Assembly (NCBI GenBank): GCA_016841625.1
Contig: JAENYU010000041.1
Span: 1 to 24,000 of the forward strand
DNA: 24,000 nt
Direction: 5' to 3'
Origin: Methanobacteriota archaeon
GTDB taxonomy: Archaea > Halobacteriota > Methanosarcinia > Methanosarcinales > Methanosarcinaceae
The notes under the pieces were generated by a model. The model had not been told where the DNA came from and ran no database searches. It saw only the letters and a program-made list of their open reading frames with translations. This document shows positions 15,822-23,696 of the stretch, one piece after another. Position numbers and translations under genes: made by a program. Each line of letters opens with the position of its first letter. Within the stretch, counting starts at the first letter, position 1.

Positions 15822-15848
15822 GGAAAAGCCGCTTCGCTTCGAAAGCTG
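15822..15848 (+). repeat. Copy C of the GGAnAAGCCGCTT hairpin element
   Basis: The sequence is ggaaaagccgcttcgcttcgaaagctg. The first 20 nt are identical to 4674-4693. It sits at the left edge of AT-rich island 2. Confidence 0.6.
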
Positions 15849-15879
15849 AAAAATCCTGTCGGAAAGAATAAAACAAAAG

Positions 15880-16098
15880 TTGAATACCTCTCCCATTTTC
15901 TCGACCTCATCAAAAGACTGGACTTTAGAATTAAAGTTTTGCATGGATAGAGAGTTTTGTTCTATTGACGTGTTTGAATTTTTACAAAGTATCCAGGTTC
16001 CACATATAGTTCCAGTTGTCAAGAAAGGAGAGCGTATGAAGCAGATCCTAAAGGAGAACAAGGCACAGAGTGAACAGTATGTTATGGGTAACATGTAA
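15880..16098 (+). pseudogene. Fragment of a DDE transposase (IS4/ISH3-like)
   Basis: A 72-aa ORF bounded by stops. LKFCMDREFCSIDVFEFLQSIQVPHIVPVVKKGERMKQIL resembles the 'DREF(Y/C)S..V...L....V.FI(I/V)P..K' block around the second catalytic Asp of ISH3/IS4-type archaeal transposases. The rest of the roughly 400-aa enzyme is absent. Confidence 0.4.
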
Positions 16099-16168
16099 AC
16101 ACCTTTGACTGTCTAAAGTCAATGTATAAAGCGATAAATATTAAACATAAAACATAATTGTATATGAA

Positions 16169-16338
16169 ATGATAGAATTATTTAGGAAGATCAATGTAAG
16201 CAGGCCCATTGCTTTTACCCTTGCCTGCCTTGCAAAAGGAAAAAAATCTCATCCCAGAGCATTGAAATGGTCTCGGGCCTGAGACAGCCGGAAGTAAGTG
16301 TTGCGATGCGGCATCTCCTCGAGAACAACTGGAATTGA
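16169..16338 (+). pseudogene. Frameshifted and truncated winged-helix (ArsR/MarR/TrmB-like) regulator fragment
   Basis: Frame 1 reads MIELFRKINVSRPIAFTLACLAKGKK. After the A7 run at 16240-16246, a different frame reads ISSQSIEMVSGLRQPEVSVAMRHLLENNWN*. Joined, the two look like helix 2-3 of a wHTH domain (..S..IE..SGLRQPEVS.AM..L...W). The fragment stops prematurely. Confidence 0.3.
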
Positions 16339-16477
16339 GTTCTGTTTTATGAGAGGGGACCGAAATACGAGATTAAAGCTCATCAGAAACGAATAAGCAA
16401 TACGATCAGAACCAAGTCAATCTTGGTAAACAACTAAATCCCAATCAGAAACCAGGCACCAGGGGCGGAAATAAAAA

Positions 16478-17890
16478 ATGGATCATCAACAAGCAAATAC
16501 TTCCATGAAAAAGAGAGTTACAGATTTAATTGTTATCTTTTCTGATGGACTGTACGAACGAGAAGAGATTGTTGCAGTTTCTCTTCTTTCAGTCCTTTCC
16601 GGGCAGTCAATTTTTTTATATGGCTTGCCAGGCACAGCGAAAAGTCTAATTGCCCGTCGTATATCAAAGGTGTTTAAAGATACAACTCATTTTGAGTATT
16701 TGATGCAAAGATTTAGCACTCCTGAAGATGTTTTTGGACCTGTAAGTATTCGAGAACTAAAACAGGACAATTACATTCGCAAAACAGAAGGCTACTTACC
16801 CACTGCTGACTTTGCTTTTCTTGATGAAATATGGAAAAGTAGTCCAGCCATTTTAAACACACTCTTGACTATTATAAATGAGCGAATTTATCGCAATGGC
16901 GGAAAAGACGAAAAAGTTCCATTAAAAGCATTGATTGCTGCAAGTAATGAGACTCCACCACCCAATCAAGGATTAGAAGCTCTCTATGACCGTTTTGTAA
17001 TGCGAGTAATAGTAAATCCTATGGAAGAAAGAGAGAATTTTGAAAAACTACTTGAAGGAGATGCTGTCTCGACTGATATTGAAATTCCGGATGGACTACA
17101 GTTTACTCACGATGAGTTTGAGCAACTTTCCAGTGAAATCGTTAAAGTAACAATTTCCAAAGAGGTATTTACCATCATAAATTCAATCAGAGTTTCACTT
17201 GATGAATTTAATAAAGATAATCCCAAAATTGCAGTTTATGTTTCTGATCGTAGGTGGCAGAAAATTGCACTCATTTTGAAAACATCTGCATTTTTGTGTG
17301 ACCGCACTGAGGTAATACCCGTTGATGCCCTTATATTACGACATTGTTTGTGGACACTTGAACAAAATAGAGAGCAAATTAATGAAATAATTGAAAAATG
17401 TGTGAAACAGTTTGGCTGCACCAACAATGAGAAGTTAAATAGCTGGGAATTGAACCATAAGGACCTTGAAAAAGGTATGTCTGATACATTCTTTTATACG
17501 GAAAATATTTATGACACCGAGAAAAAAGAAAATGTGCTAAATTATGGTGGGAAGTCCGGTTATGACAACGATTCATTTGTCAAATGGTTTGATTCAACTC
17601 CATCCATAAAAGTTAAAAAGGGAACTCAAAAGGCTGTGGCCCCAAGGACTAAAGATACTTTTGTTAAAGCTTGTGAAGATTCTTTGAGTTCACTTGCTGA
17701 AATTATTAATGACGCAAAATCTAATGTCGCTATTCAAAAAAAATTGAATGAAACCCCATTTGTACCTTCAGAAAAAAGAGAATTAGTGTTTGATGTATTC
17801 AACTCTTTTCTCAAAGATTTAGAAAACCACAAATTGAATGCCGAGCGTTTGTTGGAAAAGGTGCAATCTTATGCAATCTCCGAATCGTGA
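16478..17890 (+). CDS. ravA: RavA-like MoxR-class AAA+ ATPase
   Basis: 470-aa ORF, colinear with the E. coli RavA AAA+ module as I recall it: LYEREEIVAVSLLSVLSGQSIFLYGLPGTAKSLIARR (Walker A), FEYLMQRFSTPEDVFGP, ADFAFLDEIWKSSPAILNTLLTIINER (Walker B), LIAASNE (sensor 1), LEALYDRF (Arg finger), VSDRRWQKIALILKTSAFLCDRTEVIPVDALILRHCLW. The C-terminal ~170 aa diverge and I see no evident LARA-like domain. Confidence 0.85.
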   Translation: MDHQQANTSMKKRVTDLIVIFSDGLYEREEIVAVSLLSVLSGQSIFLYGLPGTAKSLIARRISKVFKDTTHFEYLMQRFSTPEDVFGPVSIRELKQDNYIRKTEGYLPTADFAFLDEIWKSSPAILNTLLTIINERIYRNGGKDEKVPLKALIAASNETPPPNQGLEALYDRFVMRVIVNPMEERENFEKLLEGDAVSTDIEIPDGLQFTHDEFEQLSSEIVKVTISKEVFTIINSIRVSLDEFNKDNPKIAVYVSDRRWQKIALILKTSAFLCDRTEVIPVDALILRHCLWTLEQNREQINEIIEKCVKQFGCTNNEKLNSWELNHKDLEKGMSDTFFYTENIYDTEKKENVLNYGGKSGYDNDSFVKWFDSTPSIKVKKGTQKAVAPRTKDTFVKACEDSLSSLAEIINDAKSNVAIQKKLNETPFVPSEKRELVFDVFNSFLKDLENHKLNAERLLEKVQSYAISES

Positions 17891-19346
17891 AATTGCTAAA
17901 ACAGAGGAATTAGTCAATACTTTTCTTTCAGAAGATTTCCCTGATCTAAATAGTGGAGAACTTGAAAAAGAATTGAGTGGAAAAGTTAGTAATTGGGAGG
18001 AGTCAACTCTCAGTTATTTAGAAAACTCAAACCCTTTTGAAAAACATCGGTCTAAATTGGTCTCTGCAAAATGGGATTTTCTGGCACATGGTGGCTCTGA
18101 AAAGTCAATTATAAGCGATTTAGAGGAATATAAGTCACTCCAACCATCCGCAGATGTTATGTTTTGGGAAGAAAAGACACTTGCTGTGAAAAAAAAGGTA
18201 GAGGAAAAGGAGAAAGAGTCAATCATAGAAAGCCTTAATGTTATTCGTAGGAATGAGCAAGAAGCATGGAGAACAGAGTATGAAAAACAATTACTTGAAT
18301 GGCAACTCAAAGAAATCCAAAATCGCCGGGAACAATTGTTAAAAGAGTTAAAAGAATGGCTTGACCCTTTACAGCAAATGAAAGAGGTATTTGATGAGTT
18401 GGGTGTTGAGCCTGGACTTTTGTGGGATTCAAGTGTTGGCAAATTAAGTAAGCAAGACATATCTTTCCTTAAACAATGGGCAGAATATCTGAAAAATAAT
18501 GAAAGCGTTCGTAATTTATGTGAATTAATGGGAAGATTACATAAAGAACAACAATCTCATCACAAAGAGATTATTAATTCAACCGTTCAATATACTGTTA
18601 TAAAACCAGATATATATTCCAATGAAGAGATTGTTGGTATTGAGCTTGGTAGAGATTTAGAAAATGTTATACCACAAGAATTGGCTCTATTAAGTGACTC
18701 TGATATTGCATTGCTTTTTGACTTGAAATATGTTGAAAATCGACTGATGTGTTTTTCTCAACAGGGCTACAAAACAGAAATCTTTGAAGAGAACATTCAG
18801 AAAACCGTAAGCATTGTTGATGATGAAAAGATGGGGCCGATAATTATTTGTGTTGATACAAGTGGATCTATGTCAGGTGCTCCAGAGAATATAGCTAAAG
18901 CATTAACTCTTAGTTTGTCATCTCGAGCAGTTTCTCAAAAGAGAAAATGTTATTTGATAAATTTCAGTACTTCAATAGAGACCCTTGATCTTACCCCTCC
19001 GAAAGGCATTCATGATTTGATAAACTTTCTTAAAATGAGTTTTCATGGGGGCACCAATGTTGCACCAGCTTTACACGAGGGGGTACGGATGATGTTGGAA
19101 GCTGATTACAAAAAAGCGGATTTATTGGTTATTTCAGATTTTGTTCTCTATGGTTTATCTTCTAATATTGTTTCCCAGTGCAAAAAGCAAAAACAAGAGG
19201 ATAATCGCTTTTTTGCATTGTCCATCGGTAGTTTTGACCCTCAGCGTGTTGATGAAGATGTTTTTGATCAGAGTTGGACATATAACCCTCAAAGTGGTGG
19301 CATTTCAGAAATCAACAATGTGGTTGAATGTGTTACTCGGAAATAA
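17871..19346 (+). CDS. viaA: ViaA-like protein: coiled-coil-rich N-terminal region plus C-terminal von Willebrand factor A domain with intact MIDAS
   Basis: The ORF is open from 17838, and the ATG at 17871 (MQSPNREI) overlaps the ravA-like stop by 20 nt. VWA/MIDAS: IIICVDTSGSMSG ... CYLINFST ... FHGGTNVAPAL ... ADLLVISDF. This parallels E. coli ViaA (VCVDTSGSM..., CYIMLFST, FRGGTD, VVISDF). The start codon is uncertain (17838 or 17871). Confidence 0.8.
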   Translation: MQSPNREIAKTEELVNTFLSEDFPDLNSGELEKELSGKVSNWEESTLSYLENSNPFEKHRSKLVSAKWDFLAHGGSEKSIISDLEEYKSLQPSADVMFWEEKTLAVKKKVEEKEKESIIESLNVIRRNEQEAWRTEYEKQLLEWQLKEIQNRREQLLKELKEWLDPLQQMKEVFDELGVEPGLLWDSSVGKLSKQDISFLKQWAEYLKNNESVRNLCELMGRLHKEQQSHHKEIINSTVQYTVIKPDIYSNEEIVGIELGRDLENVIPQELALLSDSDIALLFDLKYVENRLMCFSQQGYKTEIFEENIQKTVSIVDDEKMGPIIICVDTSGSMSGAPENIAKALTLSLSSRAVSQKRKCYLINFSTSIETLDLTPPKGIHDLINFLKMSFHGGTNVAPALHEGVRMMLEADYKKADLLVISDFVLYGLSSNIVSQCKKQKQEDNRFFALSIGSFDPQRVDEDVFDQSWTYNPQSGGISEINNVVECVTRK

Positions 19347-19360
19347 AAAAAGGAAATTCC

Positions 19361-19379
19361 AGGGCCTTTTCGGGGCCCT
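19361..19379 (+). terminator. GC hairpin after the viaA-like gene
   Basis: AGGGCC / ttttcgg / GGCCCT followed by TTTC, 15 nt after the stop codon. Confidence 0.4.
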
Positions 19380-19444
19380 TTCATTAACCTTTAAATAGGC
19401 TTCCAAAAGGCTTTCATTAAACTTTCATTAAATTCAAAAGGCTT

Positions 19445-22366
19445 TCAAAAGCCAATCGCCCTTTCGGCCGGGATCACAGCCATTGGCACCTGGCCTACGA
19501 GGCGGGCTACTATCCTGCAGCGGGAAAGGAGATATTTTTCTTTCCTGATGTCCTCAAGGCGGTCGAAGATGTGGCTGTTTTCAGGGCTTTCGGGAATATT
19601 TTCCCGGATGGTTGTTTCGAGAGATTCCATTTTTTGCATGAGGAGTTTTTTGTCGGCTGAGCTTTCGAAGGCCCAGTCCCGGACTTCGCGACTGACGGCA
19701 GAGGCGATTTCTTCGGAGGAAGTGCCTTTTACCAGGAAGCAGGCAAAACGGGCTTTTGCCCTGATTTCCTCAAGGGTGTCTTTCGTCCTCTGTTCCGAAA
19801 CCTTCTGCTTTAGGGCAGGGTGTCCTTTTTGCCCAAATTTCTTTAAAAGGACGGCTCCTTCTTCAGCCCGCTCGAAAAGGGCACAGGAATCCTCAAAGAT
19901 CTGGAGAGAAGCTTCAAGAAACTTCTTCTCGGAAGCAAGGTCTATTGAGCCGGTTTCAGCAGCGTCCTGAAGGATTTTTGCAAACTTCCTAAACTCCCTT
20001 GAGAGGGCGTCGATTTCGTCTACATCTCCCATTTCACAGACCATGGCTGAAAAGTACTTCTCGGACTCTTCCCTGCCGGGATCGGAAGGATTGGAAGGAT
20101 CGGAAGAAACGGAGACTTTTCCGGAAGATCCAGCAGACAGAAGGTTCAGGAAGGCTTCGTAGAAGTTCAGGTAGAAGCCTGGAAGGAGGTGGTTGGAAGC
20201 TGTTTCGGCCGAATTCCTGAAATCCAGAACGGCTTCTTCAAGCCCGCGCATGTATTCGGCTTCAGATTTTGCCTTTGCCGCATCATGGAGGGAGGCTATG
20301 CCGAGGGAGCGGAAAGCATACTTCCGCACGTAAGCACACTCTGAACCTGTTAGTTTCTCAAGGCTCTCCAGGGCCTGATGAGGGTCGGGATGCACCGTAT
20401 AGGCAGACTCAAAGGCCCGGGCAGCTGCCCTCTGGACAGAACTGTCCCTGTGGTTTGTAAGGGACAGGAGATCAGCCCAGGCTTTCCTTTTGTCCGGAAC
20501 CAGCGGGAAAGAAGGAGCAAAAGCCTTTGCGGCTCCTTTCCGGACATCTTTGTCCCAGTGGGATGAAAGCTGCACAAGTCGGCCCCAGGCGTCCTGTTTA
20601 TCCTCTGCGAAGGGGAAGGCCGGAGCGAGCAGGTCCGATGCACTTTTCCGGAGGTAATTTTCCGGTCCTGAACAGAGATCGGAAAGGTTGTAAAAGATAC
20701 ACGTTTTATCTTCCACCTGGGGGAGAACCAGGGAGAGAAGGTCGGCAGCATCCTTGCGGACAGAGGATTCATGGTCGACACCCATCCGCAAAACCTCCTC
20801 CCAGACATCTGTCATTATTTCTTGTCCCAGGCTTGCTTTTAACTCATTGTCCTGTTCTGAACCTGCTTCTATATCCTTCTCTGAACCTTCATTCATGCCT
20901 ATATTTTGGTTTCCTTGCCGGGAAAAGAGAGATCGGAGGGACACGGATGCACCCTTCCGAATTATGGGGTTGGGGTTTGCTGAAAGGTTTAGCAGTTTGC
21001 TACAGATCTTTTTCTTTTCCGGTAGGTGCGGGAAAGCCGATGCAAGGGAGTCGGCAGCATCCATCCGGACATAACTGTCCATATCGACCGTCAATTTCAA
21101 AAGTTCGACTGAAAGCTGTTTTTCCGGGTTTCCCGGTCCTTTTGCATTTCCTTCCTTGAAGACGGAAGCCAGGGAATACGCTACACTCCTGCGGGCAAAG
21201 GCAGGCTTTCTTGTAATTGTCGATAGTTCTTCAGAAGCTTCCTCATCGGAAGCAATGTGGGGGTAGGCAGAAGCGAGGGCATCCACTGTCCGCCTGATCA
21301 CATAACTGTGGCTTTCGGCTGTCAGGCGGAGGAGGTCATCCCAGGCTTTTTTCTTGTCGGAGACGTGCGGAAAAGCCTGGACAAGGGTGTCGGCAGCTCT
21401 TCCCCGTACATAGCTGACGTCACTTCCCGCAAGTTCGGTAAGGTCTTTCCAGGCACTGTCTTTATCCTCAAGGTGCGGGAATAACGAAGAAATGGAGTCC
21501 GCTGCCCTGTCCCTCACATGACCGTCTGCGGCTCCGCTGAGCTTTAGAAGGGTAGACCAGGCTCTATTCCTGTCGGGAAGGTGAGGGAAAACCAGAAACA
21601 TGGTATCTGCCGCGTGCCGCCGGAGAGTCCCCTTTTCAGAGGCAATCAGCCCTAAAAGGTCCTGCCATTCCGTTTCTTTATTTCGGGAACGGATAAAAGC
21701 GGAAGCAAGGGCTTTAAAATCTTCTTTCTGGAGAATTCCTCTCTCTTCCAGAGCAAGCTTGAAGAGCTCTTTCCAGGCTTTATCCTGGTCTTCAACGTGC
21801 GAAAATACCACCCCGAGAGCTCGGGTAGCCTCAACCCTGGTGTTCATGTTCGCAGACTCCCTCAGCTCAAACAGGTCTTTCCATGCCTGTATTTTATCAG
21901 GGACCAGAGGGAAAACCGATTTGAGGCAGGAAAAAGCATATTCCCTTACAGAATCGGTTCCGGAACCCGCAAGTTTCAGAAAGTCGGTCCATACCATCTG
22001 TTCTCCGGGCATAAGGGTATAAGAGGAAGCAAGGGCATGCACCGCTGCCTTCTGCACCCCCGGAGCCTGGCTGGCCGTGAGGCCTGCAAGTTTCGTCCAG
22101 AGCTTTATCCTGTCCGACACATGAGGATAAACCAATTCAAGATTTTTGACTGCAGTTTCCGCTACAAGGTTGTCCTTATCTGAGGAGAGCCTGAGCATAT
22201 CATCGAAAGCCTGCTCCCTATTAGGGAGGAATTCAAAATTAGCACTCAACTGGTTCAGGGCATCGATTTTCTCTTCCATAAAGGGAATTAAAGTTCTGTC
22301 GTGTAGGGTTTCTTGATCGATCACGTTTTCACCAACTCTGTTATAAACTGTCGCTTCTGCTTTCAT
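19445..22366 (-). CDS. Large HEAT-repeat (PBS-lyase-type HEAT-like) protein
   Basis: 973-aa ORF. The N-terminal ~700 aa contain about 15 repeats of about 38 aa following the pattern (S/D)xVRxxAAdaLxxaFPHvxDKxxAWxDLLxL. The C-terminal ~270 aa are helical and non-repetitive. Confidence 0.8.
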   Translation of the reverse strand: MKAEATVYNRVGENVIDQETLHDRTLIPFMEEKIDALNQLSANFEFLPNREQAFDDMLRLSSDKDNLVAETAVKNLELVYPHVSDRIKLWTKLAGLTASQAPGVQKAAVHALASSYTLMPGEQMVWTDFLKLAGSGTDSVREYAFSCLKSVFPLVPDKIQAWKDLFELRESANMNTRVEATRALGVVFSHVEDQDKAWKELFKLALEERGILQKEDFKALASAFIRSRNKETEWQDLLGLIASEKGTLRRHAADTMFLVFPHLPDRNRAWSTLLKLSGAADGHVRDRAADSISSLFPHLEDKDSAWKDLTELAGSDVSYVRGRAADTLVQAFPHVSDKKKAWDDLLRLTAESHSYVIRRTVDALASAYPHIASDEEASEELSTITRKPAFARRSVAYSLASVFKEGNAKGPGNPEKQLSVELLKLTVDMDSYVRMDAADSLASAFPHLPEKKKICSKLLNLSANPNPIIRKGASVSLRSLFSRQGNQNIGMNEGSEKDIEAGSEQDNELKASLGQEIMTDVWEEVLRMGVDHESSVRKDAADLLSLVLPQVEDKTCIFYNLSDLCSGPENYLRKSASDLLAPAFPFAEDKQDAWGRLVQLSSHWDKDVRKGAAKAFAPSFPLVPDKRKAWADLLSLTNHRDSSVQRAAARAFESAYTVHPDPHQALESLEKLTGSECAYVRKYAFRSLGIASLHDAAKAKSEAEYMRGLEEAVLDFRNSAETASNHLLPGFYLNFYEAFLNLLSAGSSGKVSVSSDPSNPSDPGREESEKYFSAMVCEMGDVDEIDALSREFRKFAKILQDAAETGSIDLASEKKFLEASLQIFEDSCALFERAEEGAVLLKKFGQKGHPALKQKVSEQRTKDTLEEIRAKARFACFLVKGTSSEEIASAVSREVRDWAFESSADKKLLMQKMESLETTIRENIPESPENSHIFDRLEDIRKEKYLLSRCRIVARLVGQVPMAVIPAERAIGF

Positions 22367-22380
22367 TTCTGGAATCGGTT

Positions 22381-22592
22381 GCTATTCCAGCAGCTATTCC
22401 CAGTATCAGCTACTCTTTCTACAGCTATTTTCGGTATCAGCTACTCATTTTACCAGTTATTTACGGATTCAGTTGCCCTCCTAATGGCTATTCCTGATCT
22501 AAACTACCCTTAACACCAATTGTTCCTGATATCGACTATCTATCCCTTTATTAGAAGTTCCTGATATCGACTATCTATCCCTTTATTAGAAG
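22381..22592. repeat. Degenerate 31-36-bp tandem array ending in a perfect 35-bp duplication
   Basis: The units are gctattcccagtatcagctactctttctaca (22393-22423), gctattttcggtatcagctactcattttacca (22424-22455), gttatttacggattcagttgccctcctaatg (22456-22486) and gctattcctgatctaaactacccttaacaccaattg (22487-22522). They are followed by ttcctgatatcgactatctatccctttattagaag twice, perfectly (22523-22557 and 22558-22592). The array lies immediately 5' of the HEAT-repeat gene start. Confidence 0.85.
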
Positions 22593-22866
22593 TGGTGCTA
22601 TTTCTTATTAAATATTTTGATTATTATTTTAAGTTTAGAATGTGGAAGAGTTTGCGAAACTTTAGATGTTAAAATCGGCAATCGGGTTTGGTGCATCATA
22701 ATTTCTTTAAAAAATTTGGGTCTATTTTTGTATAGGCAACCTGCAGGTCCCCATTACGCCCCAAAGTCTTGCAACAATTGTTAAATTTTTATATTTTTGA
22801 TAAAAAAATTAAAAATGCACCAGTTTAATTATTTTTTAGAGATCGGGTTTCACCCTGCATGTCTCG

Positions 22867-22941
22867 TACCGATTGCAGTTCTATACCGATTGCAGTTCTA
22901 TACCGGTTGCGGTCCTGTACCGATTGCAGTTCTATACCGGT
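22867..22941. repeat. 17-bp tandem repeat TACCGATTGCAGTTCTA x4.4
   Basis: Three copies are identical (22867-22883, 22884-22900 and 22918-22934). One copy is diverged (22901-22917, taccggttgcggtcctg). A partial copy follows (22935-22941). The array ends about 84 bp upstream of the methyltransferase ATG. Confidence 0.9.
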
Positions 22942-23024
22942 GACATGCGGTTAGCTCTATTTCGTGCTTTTTCTACCGCTGATTCCCAAAACATTATTTA
23001 TCTACAGGGATTTACTGGACCTGT

Positions 23025-23696
23025 ATGTCAAAGTCCTACTGGGAAAAAATCTCCGGGAAAAAAATCCCTTCAAGCCTTGAACTTAATCCGGTAATTCACG
23101 CCTACCTGAAAGAAGGTTGTGAAATACTTGACATTGGGTGCGGTTCGGGAAAAGTAAGCATCCAGCTGGCATCCCCTGGGAATTCCGTGACCGGCATCGA
23201 CCTAAATCGGGAGGGAATTGAGCTGGCAAAAGCTACCGCAAAAAACCTGGGCCTGGCAGAGAGGCTGGAGTTCAGGGTAGGGGATGCATCCGAAATGCCC
23301 TTTGGGAACGAGACATTTGATTTCGTGATCATCCAGGCTTTCTTGACCTCAGTTCCTGATCGGCGGGAAAGAGCCGGAATCATGCGGGAAGCCTGCAGAG
23401 TCTTAAAACCCGGAGGTTGTCTGTACCTCGCGGAATTCGGGCAGACCTGGAATTCGAAAATTTACAGGGAAAGGTACCTGCAGGATTTTCCTCTTACAAA
23501 AGAAGAAGGTTCTTTTTTGGCCCGGGACCCTGAGACCGGGGAAGTAGAGTTTATAGCACATCATTTTTCCGAAAAGGAGCTTGTTTTCTTGCTGGTGGAT
23601 AGCGGGTTTGAGATCGATTATTTCAGGAACGAGAAATTTACCACAAGGACCGGGAACAATGTTAACGGTTTTGTCATTCTGGCTAAAAAACTTTGA
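23025..23696 (+). CDS. Class I SAM-dependent methyltransferase
   Basis: 223-aa ORF with motif I ILDIGCGSGKVSIQLA, an acidic post-I residue (TGIDL), motif II FDFVIIQAF and motif III LKPGGCLYLAEF. Confidence 0.85.
   Translation: MSKSYWEKISGKKIPSSLELNPVIHAYLKEGCEILDIGCGSGKVSIQLASPGNSVTGIDLNREGIELAKATAKNLGLAERLEFRVGDASEMPFGNETFDFVIIQAFLTSVPDRRERAGIMREACRVLKPGGCLYLAEFGQTWNSKIYRERYLQDFPLTKEEGSFLARDPETGEVEFIAHHFSEKELVFLLVDSGFEIDYFRNEKFTTRTGNNVNGFVILAKKL

Noticed and set aside
15810-16094. 94-aa minus-strand ORF
   Set aside because: It is antisense to the transposase-like fragment and reads through the conserved hairpin element. Only the plus-strand frame carries a recognisable (DDE 'DREF') motif.
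17838-17870. Upstream ATG (17838) as the start of the viaA-like gene
   Set aside because: It is not excluded. I preferred the ATG at 17871 because it gives a shorter 20-nt overlap with the ravA-like stop, and the extra 11 residues (MPSVCWKRCNL) look non-native. This remains unresolved without data.
19548-22183. Numerous 60-210-aa plus-strand ORFs and out-of-frame minus-strand ORFs across the HEAT-repeat gene
   Set aside because: All are nested in the 973-aa ORF, whose regular 38-aa repeat periodicity supports it as the real frame. The alternatives are Arg/Ser/Pro-rich low-complexity translations.
22873-23094. 73-aa ORF (MQFYTDCSSIPVAVLYRLQFYTGD...), and 22313..22513
   Set aside because: The reading frames are produced by translating the tandem DNA repeats. 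They have no start context and overlap the better-supported methyltransferase start.
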